A stretch of DNA of 43,096 nucleotides. Origin: Escherichia phage SonjaBuckley_Bas74. Made by a program: the position numbers and the translations under genes. Below, piece after piece: positions 43,019 to 43,096 of the stretch (its first letter is position 1; every line of letters starts with the position of its first letter). The DNA lies in the sequence record PQ850627.1. One strand, 5' to 3'. A model generated the notes under the pieces. That model was given only the letters and a program-made list of their open reading frames with translations, did not search any database and was not told the DNA's origin.

Positions 43019-43043
43019 AGCCCTCTACGGAGGGCTTTTCTGT
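43019..43043 (+). terminator. intrinsic terminator at right end of window
   Basis: AGCCCTC-TACG-GAGGGCT followed by TTTCTGT. Confidence 0.6.
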
Positions 43044-43096
43044 ACATCCCGCCCAATCCCCTTATATAATCCATTTAGACGCGTAGGGCGCGTCTG

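Noticed and set aside
43041-43096. TATAAT hexamer (43065-43070) and terminal hairpin AGACGCG-N5-CGCGTCT at the window end as a terminase promoter or cos/pac element
   Set aside because: No convincing -35 at correct spacing, and the sequence continues beyond the window edge so context is missing; cannot be supported from this window alone.
1-43096. tRNA genes, integrase or lysogeny module
   Set aside because: No cloverleaf-like segments with a GTTCGA-type T-loop were seen in intergenic regions, and no tyrosine/serine recombinase-like ORF was found; the XRE regulator alone does not indicate a temperate lifestyle.

Overview
The window reads as a complete or near-complete genome (43.1 kb) of a virulent tailed dsDNA phage with a siphovirus-like, T1/HK578-type layout. 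The host is probably enterobacterial, inferred from sigma70-type promoters and Shine-Dalgarno sites; no database search was possible. All calls rest on reading the ORF translations, motifs and sequence signals by eye. Three blocks are visible. (1) 1-23.9 kb, plus strand: small and large terminase, portal, SPP1 gp7/Mu F-like head morphogenesis protein, an Rz/Rz1-type spanin pair, scaffold, major capsid, connector proteins, major tail protein, tail assembly chaperone with a probable -1 frameshift, tape measure, and tail tip/fiber/spike proteins. Two antisense moron units sit inside this block. (2) 23.9-36.4 kb, minus strand: replication and DNA metabolism genes (SNF2-like helicase, short C5-cytosine methyltransferase, VRR-NUC nuclease, HNH endonuclease, family A DNA polymerase, acidic-tailed SSB, Cas4/RecB-like nuclease, primase-helicase) plus one convergent plus-strand XRE-type HTH regulator. 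(3) 36.8-43.0 kb, plus strand: about 25 small genes of unknown function and a holin-endolysin cassette. No tRNA, rRNA, CRISPR array, integrase or transposase was recognised. The most interesting items are: an antisense Imm-like / HTH-metallophosphoesterase moron in the tail module driven by a 31-bp promoter that recurs identically elsewhere; two phage-specific promoter families; a divergent regulatory region with direct-repeat operator candidates; a candidate small RNA locus; spanins placed about 34 kb from the holin-endolysin; a hairpin that sequesters the holin ribosome-binding site; and a perfect 38-bp tandem duplication at the right end.
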